This document shows, in pieces, positions 1 through 11,428 of a DNA stretch of 64,000 nt (position 1 is its first letter; the number at the start of each line of letters is the position of its first letter). The DNA comes from Eledone cirrhosa (taxonomy: Eukaryota). Under the pieces are notes generated by a model that was given only the letters and a program-made list of their open reading frames with translations, was not told where the DNA came from and ran no database searches. The position numbers were made by a program, and so were the translations under genes. The stretch spans positions 295,120,001 through 295,184,000 of the forward strand of contig OZ024741.1 of assembly GCA_964016885.1 (NCBI GenBank), read 5' to 3'.

Positions 1-300
1 AATGTAAAGTTATGTTGGTACCACAACATCCAGTCCGAAACAAATGAGGTCCTGTAGATGTCACGACAAAAAACACACAGTCCACGCTGTAATGTGGCCG
101 TGTAGGTAACACGGTAAAAACCTCCCAGTCCACATTGTAAACGTGGTTGGTGTTGGGAAGGGCACCCAGCCGTAGAAAACCCGCCAGACAGTCCTATGCG
201 AGCAAGACAACCACTCTTGCCTCAAGTGGGAAAACTCCCGTCCAAACCCATGCAAGCTTGGAAGATGGACGTTAAACGATGATGATGATGATGATGATGA
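1..300 (+). mobile_element. RTE LINE 3' UTR with (GAT)n tail (element continues left of window)
   Basis: Closely matches 46467-46770 (GTTGGTGTT.GGAAGGGCA.CCAGC.GTAGAAAACC ... CCAAACCCATGCAAG ... GGACGTTAAACG) and ends in GAT repeats. Confidence 0.9.
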
Positions 301-659
301 TATATATACACACATAGACACACAGAAGTATTTATTTATGTGATGCATATATAAATTTCATCATTAAAATGTATTTATAGACATAGCTATTTTCTCGATT
401 CATCTCTCTATCTCTCATATAAACATACACAACGTTTGCTCTCTAAAATGTGTTCATACATACACATATGCACATACATATGTATACAGACATATGTATA
501 CATATATATACATGCATACATATATACATACTTGAATACATACATATATAGAATATCTATTTTCTCTTTAAAATGTGTATGCACATTGGATGTCTGTGTG
601 TGTAATATGTACAAACATATACAGAATAACATAGGCATATAAAATAGAATATGCATGCT

Positions 660-976
660 TATTATTTCTGTGTGTCTGTATGTTGTGTGTTGCATGTTTG
701 TATGTATGTCTGTTTGTATGTGTATTCTGCTTGTATGTGTGTGTTGCATGTTTGTGTGTGTATGTTGTCTGTTTGTTTGTGTGTGTCTGTGTGTATGTTA
801 CCTCTTTGTGTCGGTGTATGTTGCCTCTTTGTGTGTGTCTGTGTGTATGTTACCTCTTTGTGTCGGTGTATGTTGCCTCTTTGTGTGTGTCTGTGTGTAT
901 GTTAAATGTGTGTGTATGTTGCCTGTTTGGGTGTGTGTGTCTGTGTGTATGTTACCTGTTTATGTGTGTGTGTGTA
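660..976. repeat. (TG)-rich degenerate micro/minisatellite with ~50-bp duplicated unit
   Basis: Repeated TGTGTGTCTGTGTGTATGTTACCTCTTTGTGTCGGTGTATGTTGCCTCTT. Confidence 0.8.
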
Positions 977-1379
977 TGACTATCTTAATTAGTATGCTTG
1001 AGGGCATATTTCTTACTTTTTATCTAGTCAAACTTTTATTTATTTGTTCAGCGTAGAGAATTAAATTTCTTTCTTTCATCACAAGATACCTGATCATTTA
1101 GCACCTGTATAATAATAATAAAGACAGGTAGAGAGAGTTACTTGCTAGAATTAGAAAAAGGAAAGAGAGAATGAGTAAAAAAGCTGATTGAGTTTTTATC
1201 ACATTGTCTGCTTAGATCAATAATCAGAGTGTGTAAGATGTCTCCTTGTAAACTACTGTGTGAAAGTCTTGCAAGCAAAGTTGGTTTACAACGTTCACAT
1301 ACGAAACTAACAGGTAAGAAATATTTACTTGAATTACATTTACATATTAAATATGTTACCTTTTACCTTATATTGTGTG

Positions 1380-1412
<33 letters not shown>

Positions 1413-1557
1413 ATCTGTATATATGTATGTATATATGTATATGTGTGTGTGTGTGTGTGTGTAAATACATGTATCTGTATGTGGTTAACCGCTGAGAAAA
1501 AAGAGTACTCAATACCATAGTAAATTTTTGATATTTACTTTATTTAGCCTTAGTAAA

Positions 1558-1716
<159 letters not shown>

Positions 1717-1857
1717 TATATATATATATATATATATAAATATATACATGCAGATTGTATCTGGAATCTCAAATTTGGTGGTCACTCTAACACTGACGGG
1801 TACCATCGCTGAATGTTAATATCGGTAGGGTTTTTTTTTTATCGATATTGTTGGGCA

Positions 1858-1979
1858 TCCACTGATGATTTATAAGTGCCCACCTGCATATATTCCTATA
1901 GACTATGTGTAAGCTTCTACATAACCTGGATATTATTTTCCCAACTTCTAGAAAACTTATAATGAAACAATCGTTTGGA
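1858..1979 (+). ncRNA. Type-I hammerhead ribozyme motif with long stem II, in a ~400-bp island between (TA)n tracts
   Basis: TCCA-CTGATGA(1862-68)-T-TTATAAGT...ACTTATAA-T-GAAA(1964-67)-CAATCG-TT-TGGA; stem I TCCA/TGGA, perfect 8-bp stem II base. Confidence 0.65.
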
Positions 1980-2206
1980 AAGAGGGATGTATTTAATTAT
2001 GTTTCATATAAAATAATACAACTGGCTATCCGCAAAATACATATAGTTAGCACCCCAAACATATAATTGGTATTATACTAAGGTATATCCTAATGTTTGT
2101 TGAGTGAGACGGAAGTCGGTCGGAGTATTGCTTAAAGCTTTCTCTATTATTGTATTAAATATACATATATATATACGCATATATATATATATATATGCAT
2201 ACATAT

Positions 2207-2617
2207 CATCATCATCATCTTCGTTTAACATCCATCTTCCACGCTAGCATGAGTTAGATGGGAGTTGTCCCACTTGAGGCAAGATTGGTCGGGTGACCGT
2301 GCCTCGCTCATATAGGACTATCTGGCAGGTTTTCTATGGCTGGATGCCCTTCCTAACACCAACCAAGTTTACAGTGTAGAACTGGGAGCTTTTTACCGTG
2401 TTATCTACACAACCACATTACAGCGTGGACTGTGTCTTTTTTTTGTCGTGACACCTACACGATGTCGATTTCGCTCTCATTTATTTGGACTGGATGTTGT
2501 GGTACCAACTTTACAGAGAGAGGTTGAATTGGTGGTAGTGGGAGGATATGGTAGGAGTAGTGGATTGGGGTGTATATTTGGTTAAGAGGTGCCTACTGAC
2601 TGTAAGTTTCGCTTTAT
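2207..2617 (-). mobile_element. RTE LINE 3' UTR fragment
   Basis: (CAT)n followed by the reverse complement of the RTE 3' UTR. Confidence 0.85.
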
Positions 2618-2622
2618 ATGTA

Positions 2623-2670
<48 letters not shown>

Positions 2671-2671
<1 letters not shown>

Positions 2672-3298
2672 GGAAAAAATGAAACGAAATTTCATTTCCC
2701 ACTCTTAGTACGGCTGTTACTTAAATATAAATATGTACACGTGTACATACATATATGTATACAGACGTACAGTAGTATGTATATATATATATATACATAC
2801 ATGCACACATATATATACGTATGGATTCACCGAACATTTATTATAATGCTCGGTGTGTTTGTAAACAAACATCCTGTATTAAGCCGTAGTGTCCAGCAAC
2901 CATCGTTGCTCGTTTGTTCAACACTGACAAAGGAACACTGTACTAGTTTCAAGCTTATTAGCTATCGTCAGCAACGTATACCTTCCTGCCAGATTGTTGA
3001 ATGTATATACTTACCTTATGCATATTAACGGCTGAGTAGCCTAATTTGCATATCATCCGGGTGCACCGAAAACGATAAACGGAAAAAATGAAACAAAATT
3101 TCATTTCCCACTCTTAGTACAGCTGTTACTTAAATATAAGTATGTACACGTACATACATATATGTATACAGACGTACAGTAGTATGTATATATATATACA
3201 TACATGCACATATATATATATATATGTACGTATGGATTCACCGAACATTTATTATAATGCTCGGTGTGTTTGTAAACACACATCCCATATTAAGCCGA
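2671..3298 (-). mobile_element. Non-coding partial-tandem hammerhead element (family E), 409-nt unit x ~1.5
   Basis: CGGAAAAAATGAAAC.AAATTTCATTTCCCACTCTTAGTAC at 2671 and 3080; homologous to 34181-35174 and 37243-37950. Confidence 0.75.
2936..2976 (-). ncRNA. Minimal type-I hammerhead ribozyme (family E)
   Basis: Minus strand: CGTTG-CTGACGA-TAGCTAATAAGCTT-GAAA-CTAG-TA-CAGTG; palindromic CUAG loop III. Confidence 0.75.
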
Positions 3299-3317
3299 TA
3301 TAGATGTACATATATAT

Positions 3318-3640
3318 CATCATTTCATTTTACGTCCACTTTTCTCTGCTTGCAAGGGTGGGACAGGAACTGATTCTGGCTTGATTTCTACAGCTGGATG
3401 CTCTTCCTAACACCAACCTCATTTACGGTGCTTTTTTGCCGTGGCACCTCCACGACCACTTTGCAGTGGAATGATAGGGACCCCAGTCCCTATCATCTCA
3501 TTTCTACAGCTGAGTAAACTGGAGCAATGTGAAATAAAGTGCCTTGCTCAAGGAAACAACACATCACCCGATCTGAGAATTGAACTCACAACCTTTCAAT
3601 TGCAAGGCCAATGCTCTAACCACTAAGCCATGTGCCTCCA
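3318..3640 (-). mobile_element. tRNA-derived CORE-like SINE with RTE-like tail (family A)
   Basis: Minus strand: A box TGGCTTAGTGG, B box GAGTTCAATTC, CORE-like CCTTGAGCAAGGCACTTTA...CTCAGCTGTAGAAATG, tail shared with the RTE 3' UTR. Confidence 0.85.
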
Positions 3641-3700
3641 TTATGTACATATATGTACATATATATATATATATATATGTACATATATATATATATGTAC

Positions 3701-3735
<35 letters not shown>

Positions 3736-3762
3736 CATATATATTTATATGTACATATATAT

Positions 3763-4173
3763 ATGGTGGCTGCCAACTCGTTTTCGAGTACGGCCACTAC
3801 TTTATATCCATGTAGGAGAACCCCTACCGATGCGCTGAACGAGTGTGACTTTTTAGTCCAGCCTGCGACATGAAAACTCTGGTATAAACACTACTCTTGT
3901 GACGATTATTGACACATAGTGCTGGGCCCATGATACCATGTGACGACAAGTGCAGAGAGATCTCCAATTATAAAGCAAAGCCTGTGCCGTGAAGCTTTTA
4001 TAGTGAGCAAAGGCACTGCACAAAGCCAGTCCCACTCTCTTAACCAAGATGATATTTACCAAAAAGAACAACAAGTCAACATCATTGGATACCATCAGGG
4101 TTGCAGGTGTTATATCAGAGTTTTCCTTCTCCTAGAATTCTGCCTTGACAAAGGCTAAGGGGTCATCTCTCCC
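3763..4173 (-). mobile_element. Short RTE-derived non-autonomous retroelement in (TA)n, 5'-truncated
   Basis: Near-identical to 20171-20581 (reverse complement); remnant C2H2 finger coding sequence near the 3' end; (TA)n on both sides. Confidence 0.7.
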
Positions 4174-4818
4174 ATATATATATACATATGTATATACATA
4201 TATATGTATATACATATATATATGTACATATATACATATATATATATGTACATATATATATGTACATATATATATCTGTATATGTATATATGTGTATATA
4301 CATATGTATATATACATATGTATATATATATATGTATATATATATATGTACATATATATATGTGTACATATATATATATATATGTACATATATATATGTG
4401 TACATATATATATATATATGTATATATATATATGTGTATATACATATGTATATATATATATATGTACATATATATATACATATGTATGTACATATATATA
4501 TATATGTACATATATATACATATGTATATACACACATATATATATATACATATATATATATATACATACATGTAAAAGCATATGTATATATACATATCTA
4601 TATATTTATATATGCATGTATATGCATGTATATGTCTGTATGTATATGTATGTGTGAATGAATATATATATATATGTGTGTATATGGGTATATATGAATG
4701 TGTATCTATCTCTCTCTCTCTCTCTCTTTTTATATATATATATATATATATGCATGTGCATGTATATATATGTATGTATATATGTATGTGTATGTGAGTG
4801 AATATATATATGTGTATC

Positions 4819-4862
<44 letters not shown>

Positions 4863-4875
4863 CATGTGTGTGTGT
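4174..4875. repeat. Degenerate (TA)n microsatellite
   Basis: TA runs interrupted by TG/CA. Confidence 0.95.
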
Positions 4876-5964
4876 ATTCTATTAAGAGTATTTGAAGTAT
4901 GTATTAGAATAATTTGTGTTAATTTTCTGTGAAATATAACATTGGTTACTGTAACATAATGTCGTTTATGGAAACCAGGAGCACACCGAATATAAAACAG
5001 AAGCATATGAAATATAAAAACATTGAAAAAAGTTTAAGAAGATAAAAGAGAAAAAAAGCAATTTTTTTTTCCTCTCTGAAGATTTGTGTCAGAAAAATAC
5101 TAAAGTGCATTGAACTAAATGTTTTAGTAAAATTTATTTTAATATTGTTAGATAGAATTTAGCAATATTTAAAATATTTTAAATACAAATTGTAAAATAA
5201 TATATAAAATTTTAAATTGAATGTCATTTTAAATTCATTTTGAATAGCTTTATATCATCATCTTCACCACTATTTAACATCTATTTTCCTTGTTTGTATA
5301 AGTTATACGTATTTCATTTTTGTTTTTAAATGATATGTGTGGATCCAACATTGCCAAAGGGCTATGTGGTTTACTTCTCAATCTTGAAGTTTCAAATTCA
5401 GTCTCATTACATAGCATATTCGGCAAGCCTGTAGGTTAAATTAGTTTAATGAAAACTACAAGGTAGGTTAGATAAAGTGTAGCTGTCATGTATGTATGTG
5501 TGCGTGTGTGTGTCTTTGCTTCATATTGGCACAGTTTATGAGTCGGTGGTAATGTTTATGTCGGTGGCATAAACAACCTTTTGCAATTTACTGATGCAAC
5601 ATGCAAAGTGTTTATGTGGTAAGAATAAAGAACCACTATTTCATTGATCCTCTGCTGATCTTGTTACTATAGTTACCATATTAGGCAAGAGAAACTATTT
5701 TGTTCCCAATTACAAAATACTAGCAGACGACGCATAATTCAGTGTTTTTCTGTCACAAAATTGAAATTTGCGGCTGGCCACTTTTGTCACCCTATAAGGG
5801 TACTTTGCTACTAGATCTCACTACTGACATTCTATAGTACAATCTTTCATTGAAGATATACCTTATGGTATAGGCTTACTACCCTCTCTATAGTCTTGGT
5901 TACCTTTCTATTGTTTTGGTACCATATTTCACTGTTGACATCTTATAATATGGCAATAGCTGGG

Positions 5965-6255
5965 CGTTTACCCCTGCAATGGACTGGTATCCTGTCCATG
6001 GGGAGTCTTGTACTCTGTCACTTCACACCATGGAAACTGCGATAAGCACTGGCCTGATGAGCCTCTGGCCTCAAGAGAGACTTTAGATTTAGAAAAACAG
6101 TATACAGAGTTTAGGTGGTAAATTAGCGGAGTTGTTAGAACTAAATGGTTTGCCTTATTTGTTCTGGGTCTCAGTGCCCTCACTTTAACCCCAACAAAGG
6201 TCAACTATGTTTTTCATCTTTTGGAGGTCTATGAAATACAGTACCAGTCCAAAGC
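5965..6255 (+). mobile_element. Old SINE fragments (CCTGC.ATGGACTGG..TCC.GTCCA tail; family B central domain)
   Basis: Similar to 58915-59030 and to family B SINEs. Confidence 0.55.
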
Positions 6256-6261
6256 AGTGGC

Positions 6262-7048
6262 TTCATCATCATCATCATCATCATTGTTTAATGTCTATCT
6301 TCCACGCTAGCATGGGTTTAGACGGGAATTTTCCCACTTGAGGCAAGTTTGGTCGTCTCGCTCGTATAGGACTGTCTAGCAGGTATTCTACTGCTGGATG
6401 CCCTTCCTAACACCAACCATATTTACAGTGTAGACTGGGAGGTTTTTACCGTGTTACCTACACGGCCACATTACAGCATGGACTGTGTGTTTTGTTTTGT
6501 CGTGACACCTACATGACCTCATTTATTTAGGACTGGATGTTGTGGTACCAACATAACTTTACAGAAGAAGGGGTGGTGTTGATGTGGTGGGGGAGTTGGG
6601 GTAGAGGGAGGGGGTGTATATTTGATTAAGAGGTACGTACCGACTGTAGGTTTCGCTTTGTACTTAGGAAAGGCGGGTTTTCTGTATTTCTGCATAGCAC
6701 CAAAGATCTCGGTCCAGTGACATTATCTTGGAGAGGTGTAAGTGTGTAAGGTCAGAATTTATCAAATCGTCCCAGGTTTTTCTGGGTCTGCCTACTCCGT
6801 AACCTCCGTCAATTTTGATCGGCCTGTACGTTTTTATACAGCTGTCGTCTTTCATGCGCATCACGTGACCATACCAACGTAGTCTTCTCTCGAGTAAACA
6901 GCATCTGATCCCTCTTATACCTAATTTCTCACTTAATTCATTTATGCTTTGCTGTTTTCGTATATTACTATTACACATCCAGCGGAGCATGCATGCTTCG
7001 TTCCTCTCCAGTCTGCGCAGATCCTCTGCACACAATGCCCATGTCTCT
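6262..7048 (-). mobile_element. 5'-truncated RTE LINE (ORF C-terminus + 3' UTR)
   Basis: ORF 6664-7035 ...ERRLRWYGHVMRMKDD...GRPRKTW, homologous to 45938-46375; (CAT)n tail at left. Confidence 0.92.
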
Positions 7049-7327
7049 TGATGGAATAATCAGAATGTTAGATGTATGGCTTTGTGGTGTATATTCCAGT
7101 TCTTCACATTCTGAGTTCAAATTCCACTGTGCTCTAATTCAGTTTTAGACTTTGTAATTTAATTTCACACAACCACCTGGGAGTCGGGTGACTTAGGCAG
7201 AGTCCATTCTATTGCAAGAATTCAGATGAGGTCTCTAGTTTAACCCTTTTGTTACCAACTGGGTCAAAACCAGCTCTGGTGCTATGAAATAAAACAACCT
7301 GTTTTAAAGGTTTCCAATTTAAATTAA

Positions 7328-7555
7328 CCCTTTAATGTTCAAACCGGCCAAAACTGGCCAGAATTCTCTACCTCTTTCTGTTGAAACTGGCTGTAACTGG
7401 TCGCTCAAATTGATGTTAAGGTATTGTTCTCAAAATAAATACTTTCAAAATCTCATAGATTCAATATTATGTGAGATAATTATGTGAGATAAAGTCTTTA
7501 CTATGAAAATATAATAGTATATATAAAATAATAAAATAATGTCAATGCTAAAGGG
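7328..7555. mobile_element. piggyBac-like MITE, nested in a similar element (~7240-7695)
   Basis: TTAA-CCCTTTAATG ... AATGCTAAAGGG-TTAA termini; related ends at ~51985, ~52095 and 56030-56602. Confidence 0.55.
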
Positions 7556-9681
7556 TTAATATCTGCCAACGTAATTGTATATAAGAACCTTAGTAATGAA
7601 ATAATTAATAATTTTAGTAAATTTTTCAAAATTCTTCATTAATTAACTGAAATAGAATGTATTTCATTAGAAATGCTGTCACAGAAGCGTTAATGATATA
7701 GTCATTCCTCTATCACTTCCACCAGTCTTGGCAGCTCCAAAAAGTGTTATAGACACTGCCCTACCTTTCCTAACAAAAGAAGTAAAGACCAAACAGATAT
7801 TGATTCTGTTTAATATTTGAAATGTCAGAATATGTCATTATAAAATATATATACATGTACTGAAACATTATACCTTCAACAGTCAACTGATGAGAAGGGA
7901 TTGTCCTGTGTTCTATCTGTTTTTCTGCTGTCTTCACCCACCCCTTTTTATTCATTTTATATATGTGTTAGAGAGAGAGGGAGATCTGTGTGTGTGAGAG
8001 AGAGAGCGAGAGATCGAACTGTTAAGTAAATAATTAGATTAACTCATTTTAGTAGGAGCATATCTGAAATAAAAGAGAATGTAAGGTCATGTGACTGATG
8101 TACCTTACAACATAATTGTTTATCTAAAAGTATGCGTGTACATGTATGTTGCTGTGTGTGCATGTATTGGTGTATGTTGGTGCATGTGTTTGTGTATGTT
8201 GGTTCATGTGTGCATGTGATAGTGTATGTTGGTTTATGTTGCTGTAAGTGTGTGCATGTGTTGGTGTATGATGGTGCATCTGTTTGTGTATGTTGGTTCA
8301 TGTGTGCATGTGATAGTGTATGTTGGTTTATGTTGCTGTAAGTGTGTGCATGTGTTGGTGTATGATGGTGCATCTGTTTGTGTATGTTAATGCATGCATT
8401 TGTATGTTGTTGTATATGTTTGTGTATGTGTGCACATGTATGAGCATCTCTTTACCTGATAATCTTTAGGTTAATTCTAGAAAAAAGAGGAAAGAGTTAT
8501 CAAGATGATTAAAAATTAATTAGAATATTTAATTATTTGCTATCTTATAAAAGGTATTGTAGGGTGAGTGGCTGCTTTTTCTAATTCATTGTCTGCCATA
8601 ACCAAGACGTTGACTATTATAATCCTCCTCTTCCGTTTCACATCATCACCATTATAACTATAACCATCTTCATCATGAGCATCATCATCATCACTACTAT
8701 CACTATCATCACCATCACCACTGCCATCACCATATCATCATCATCATCACTATATTCATCATCGCCACTGCCATCACCATGTCCTCATTATCATCATCAT
8801 ATTCATCACCACCACTTCCATCATCATATTCATCATCCCCACTGCCATCAACATGTCATCATCATCATCATCATCAACATTCAGGATTTGATGTATTTTT
8901 TCCTTATGCATGAATAAGTTGAACATAACTCTATAATTGATTCCTTTCAGCTGTTCCTGTTTATAGTCTTCACTGGATATATCACCCTTTGCTTTCTTAT
9001 TCCACAACTTCCTTGCTCTATCTACAGCTACCAATAGCCTGGATTATACCACCTTCTACAAATTTACAACACCTGTTCATTCCTCACATATCTCTTATCA
9101 TTGTGTGATATGTTTTCCCTCAATTCCTTGTGATTCCTAGTCATTTTCTTGGATTTATCAAAATAATTTTTTCATTTATAATTTATATAGGAGCTACAAA
9201 TTAATTCTCTCTAATAGATTGATATACATAAGAAAACATTGACTTTATAGGAAATTGATTTATTAGGGTCAGTTGAATCGTTCAAGTGTAACCTGGTGTC
9301 TTTTGATGTCCTCCGAAGGTTGAAAAGCTACATCCAATTTGGTGAATTTGAACTCCTGATAATATGTGATAAGACTATGTGAAGCATTTAGCCAGCCAAC
9401 TCTTCATCCAAACATACCATATATACTCATGTTGCATTGGTGGATATGTTACACTCCTATTATACACAAGATATTCTTGGCTTAATACTTATAAAGCTTT
9501 GTAGGTCCAGTAGATAAGTCACATGGTGTTTTTTATTTATACCAATTTATTTTTATAATGGAAAACGATATGACTTATTGATTGAATCAATCAACAAGAT
9601 CCCAGACCTCATTCGCTTACCGCGTAGGGTGGAACTTGTCAGTGTTTTCATTGGCTCATCGATTAGTTAGTGTATACAGTG

Positions 9682-10157
9682 TCATCATCATCCTCATTTT
9701 TACATCCATTTTCCCATACTTGCATGGGTTAGACGGGTCCTTGTTATCACAGCATCTCTTCACTTGCCACGTTTCTTTATCTCCTCTGTGATTCTCGCGA
9801 TTTGTAGTCATCTCTCACCACCTCTGCCCAGATCTTTCTCAGTTTACCACTGTTATCCACTGGCATTTCCTGGCACCTTTTCACCCATCAATCATCATCC
9901 ATGCATATCACATGTCCGTACCAATGCAGTCTTCTCTTTTGCACACCACCTTGGATTCCTCTTAAACCCAGCTTCTCCCTCAGTTCATCTAAGTTCTCTC
10001 ATATTAACGTTTCAGATCCAACAAAGCATGGCTGCTTCATTTCTCTCCAGTCTATGCATGTTTTCTATAGTCACTGCCCATGTTTCACTACCATGCAGCA
10101 TCACACTGTGCACATAGGCATCATATAGTCGTCATTTTGTACAGAGGGAGAAACCTT
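9682..10157 (-). mobile_element. Older RTE subfamily 3' fragment with short 3' end
   Basis: Minus strand encodes decayed KGFSL..RLYDA.V.SVMLHGSETWA and runs directly into ACCCGTCTAACCCATGCAAG...GATGATGA. Confidence 0.8.
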
Positions 10158-11136
10158 CATCATCATCATCATCATCAACGTTTAACGTCCGTGTTCCACG
10201 CTTGCATGGGTTTGGACGGGGGTATTCCCACTTGAGGCAAGAGTGGTTGTCTTGCTCGCATAGGACTGTCTGGCAGGTTTTCTACAGTTGGATGCCCTTC
10301 CTAACACCAACCACATTTACAGTGTGGGACTGGGAGGTTTTTACCGTGTTGCCTACACGGCCACATTACAGCGTGGACTGTGTGTTTTTTTGTCGTGACA
10401 CCTACACGATCTCATTTGTTTCGGCCTCGATGGCGCGGCACCAACATAACTTTACATAGAACGGGGTGGTGTGGATGGGGTGTGGGTGGTGGGACAGGGT
10501 GTATTTTGTTAGAGATGCCTACTGGCTGTAGTAGGTTTTACTATGTATTTAGGTAAGGCGGGTCTTCTCTGTTACTGAGTACCGCCAAAGGTCTCGGTCC
10601 AGTGACATTGTCTTGGAGAGGTGTAAGTGTGTGAGGTCAGAGTTTATCAGCTCGTCCCAGGATTTTCTAGGTCTGCCTATTCCGTGGCTACCGTCTATCT
10701 TTATTGCCCTGCACTTTGTTATACAGCTATCGACTTTCATGCGCATCACGTGTCCGTACCAACGTAGCCTTCTCTCGAGTAAACAACATCTGATCCCTCT
10801 TATCTCTAATTTTTTCCTTAGTTCGTTTATGCTTTGCCGTTCACGTATATTACTATTACACATCCAGCAGAGCATGCAAGGTTCGTTCCTCTCTAGTCTG
10901 CGTATATCCTCTGCGCACAATGCCCAGGTCTCACTGCCATGCAACATTGCTGTTTGTATGCAGGCATCATACAACCTGCCTTTCATTTTTAGGGAGAACC
11001 CTTTAGTGGCTAATAGTGGTATAAGCTCTCTGAACTTTTTCCATCCAGTTCTGACTCTAGCTACAGTACTTTCGGAGCACCCTCCCCCACTGCTGATTTT
11101 GTCACCCAGGTAACGGAAGCTGTCCACTATTTCTAT
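10158..11136 (-). mobile_element. 5'-truncated RTE LINE
   Basis: ORF 10549-11127 DSFRYLGDKISSGGGCSES...YGHVMRM; full 3' UTR and (CAT)n tail. Confidence 0.93.
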
Positions 11137-11193
11137 ATTTATATATATAAATACAAATATATATATATCATCATTTCATCATCATATATATAT

Positions 11194-11224
<31 letters not shown>

Positions 11225-11230
11225 CATGAA

Positions 11231-11428
11231 GAAGTTATATTTAATTTGTTGAGATTCCAACAAGCTTAAAAGTTTATAACTAATATAAAGCACACAACAA
11301 GTTACCAGAGTAAATATTCAATTTGTATTTTATCTGATGAAAGCGCACCAAGACTGCCTTGGCTGCCCTTGAAATATATATAATAAAATAATTATGGTTT
11401 TATAAATATAGTTTCCATTTATTAATAT
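11231..11428 (+). mobile_element. Solo PLE terminal-repeat remnant with inverted segment (related to the PLE at 24.8-29.1 kb)
   Basis: 11322-11428 matches 28873-28979; 11231-11303 matches the reverse complement of ~28997-29070. Confidence 0.75.
11326..11390 (+). ncRNA. Type-I hammerhead ribozyme
   Basis: TATTTTAT-CTGATGA-AAGCGCACCAAG.actgc.CTTGGCTGCCCTT-GAAA-T-ATAT-A-TA-ATAAAATA; 8-bp perfect stem I. Confidence 0.8.

Noticed and set aside
1216-1313. Possible plus-strand exon (CTTAG|...|GTAAGA, one open frame)
   Set aside because: Weak pyrimidine tract and no recognisable protein similarity
3007-3017. ATACTTACCT resembling the U1 snRNA 5' end
   Set aside because: No further U1 similarity; it is simply a minus-strand splice-donor-like motif, not conserved in the 34.9-kb copy
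6030-6085. GGAAAC...CTGATGAG possible permuted hammerhead
   Set aside because: No room for stem I or a cleavage triplet; part of an old SINE tail, and the 59.0-kb relative lacks CTGATGA
8630-8882. His/Ile/Ser-rich ORFs
   Set aside because: Degenerate (CAT)n microsatellite
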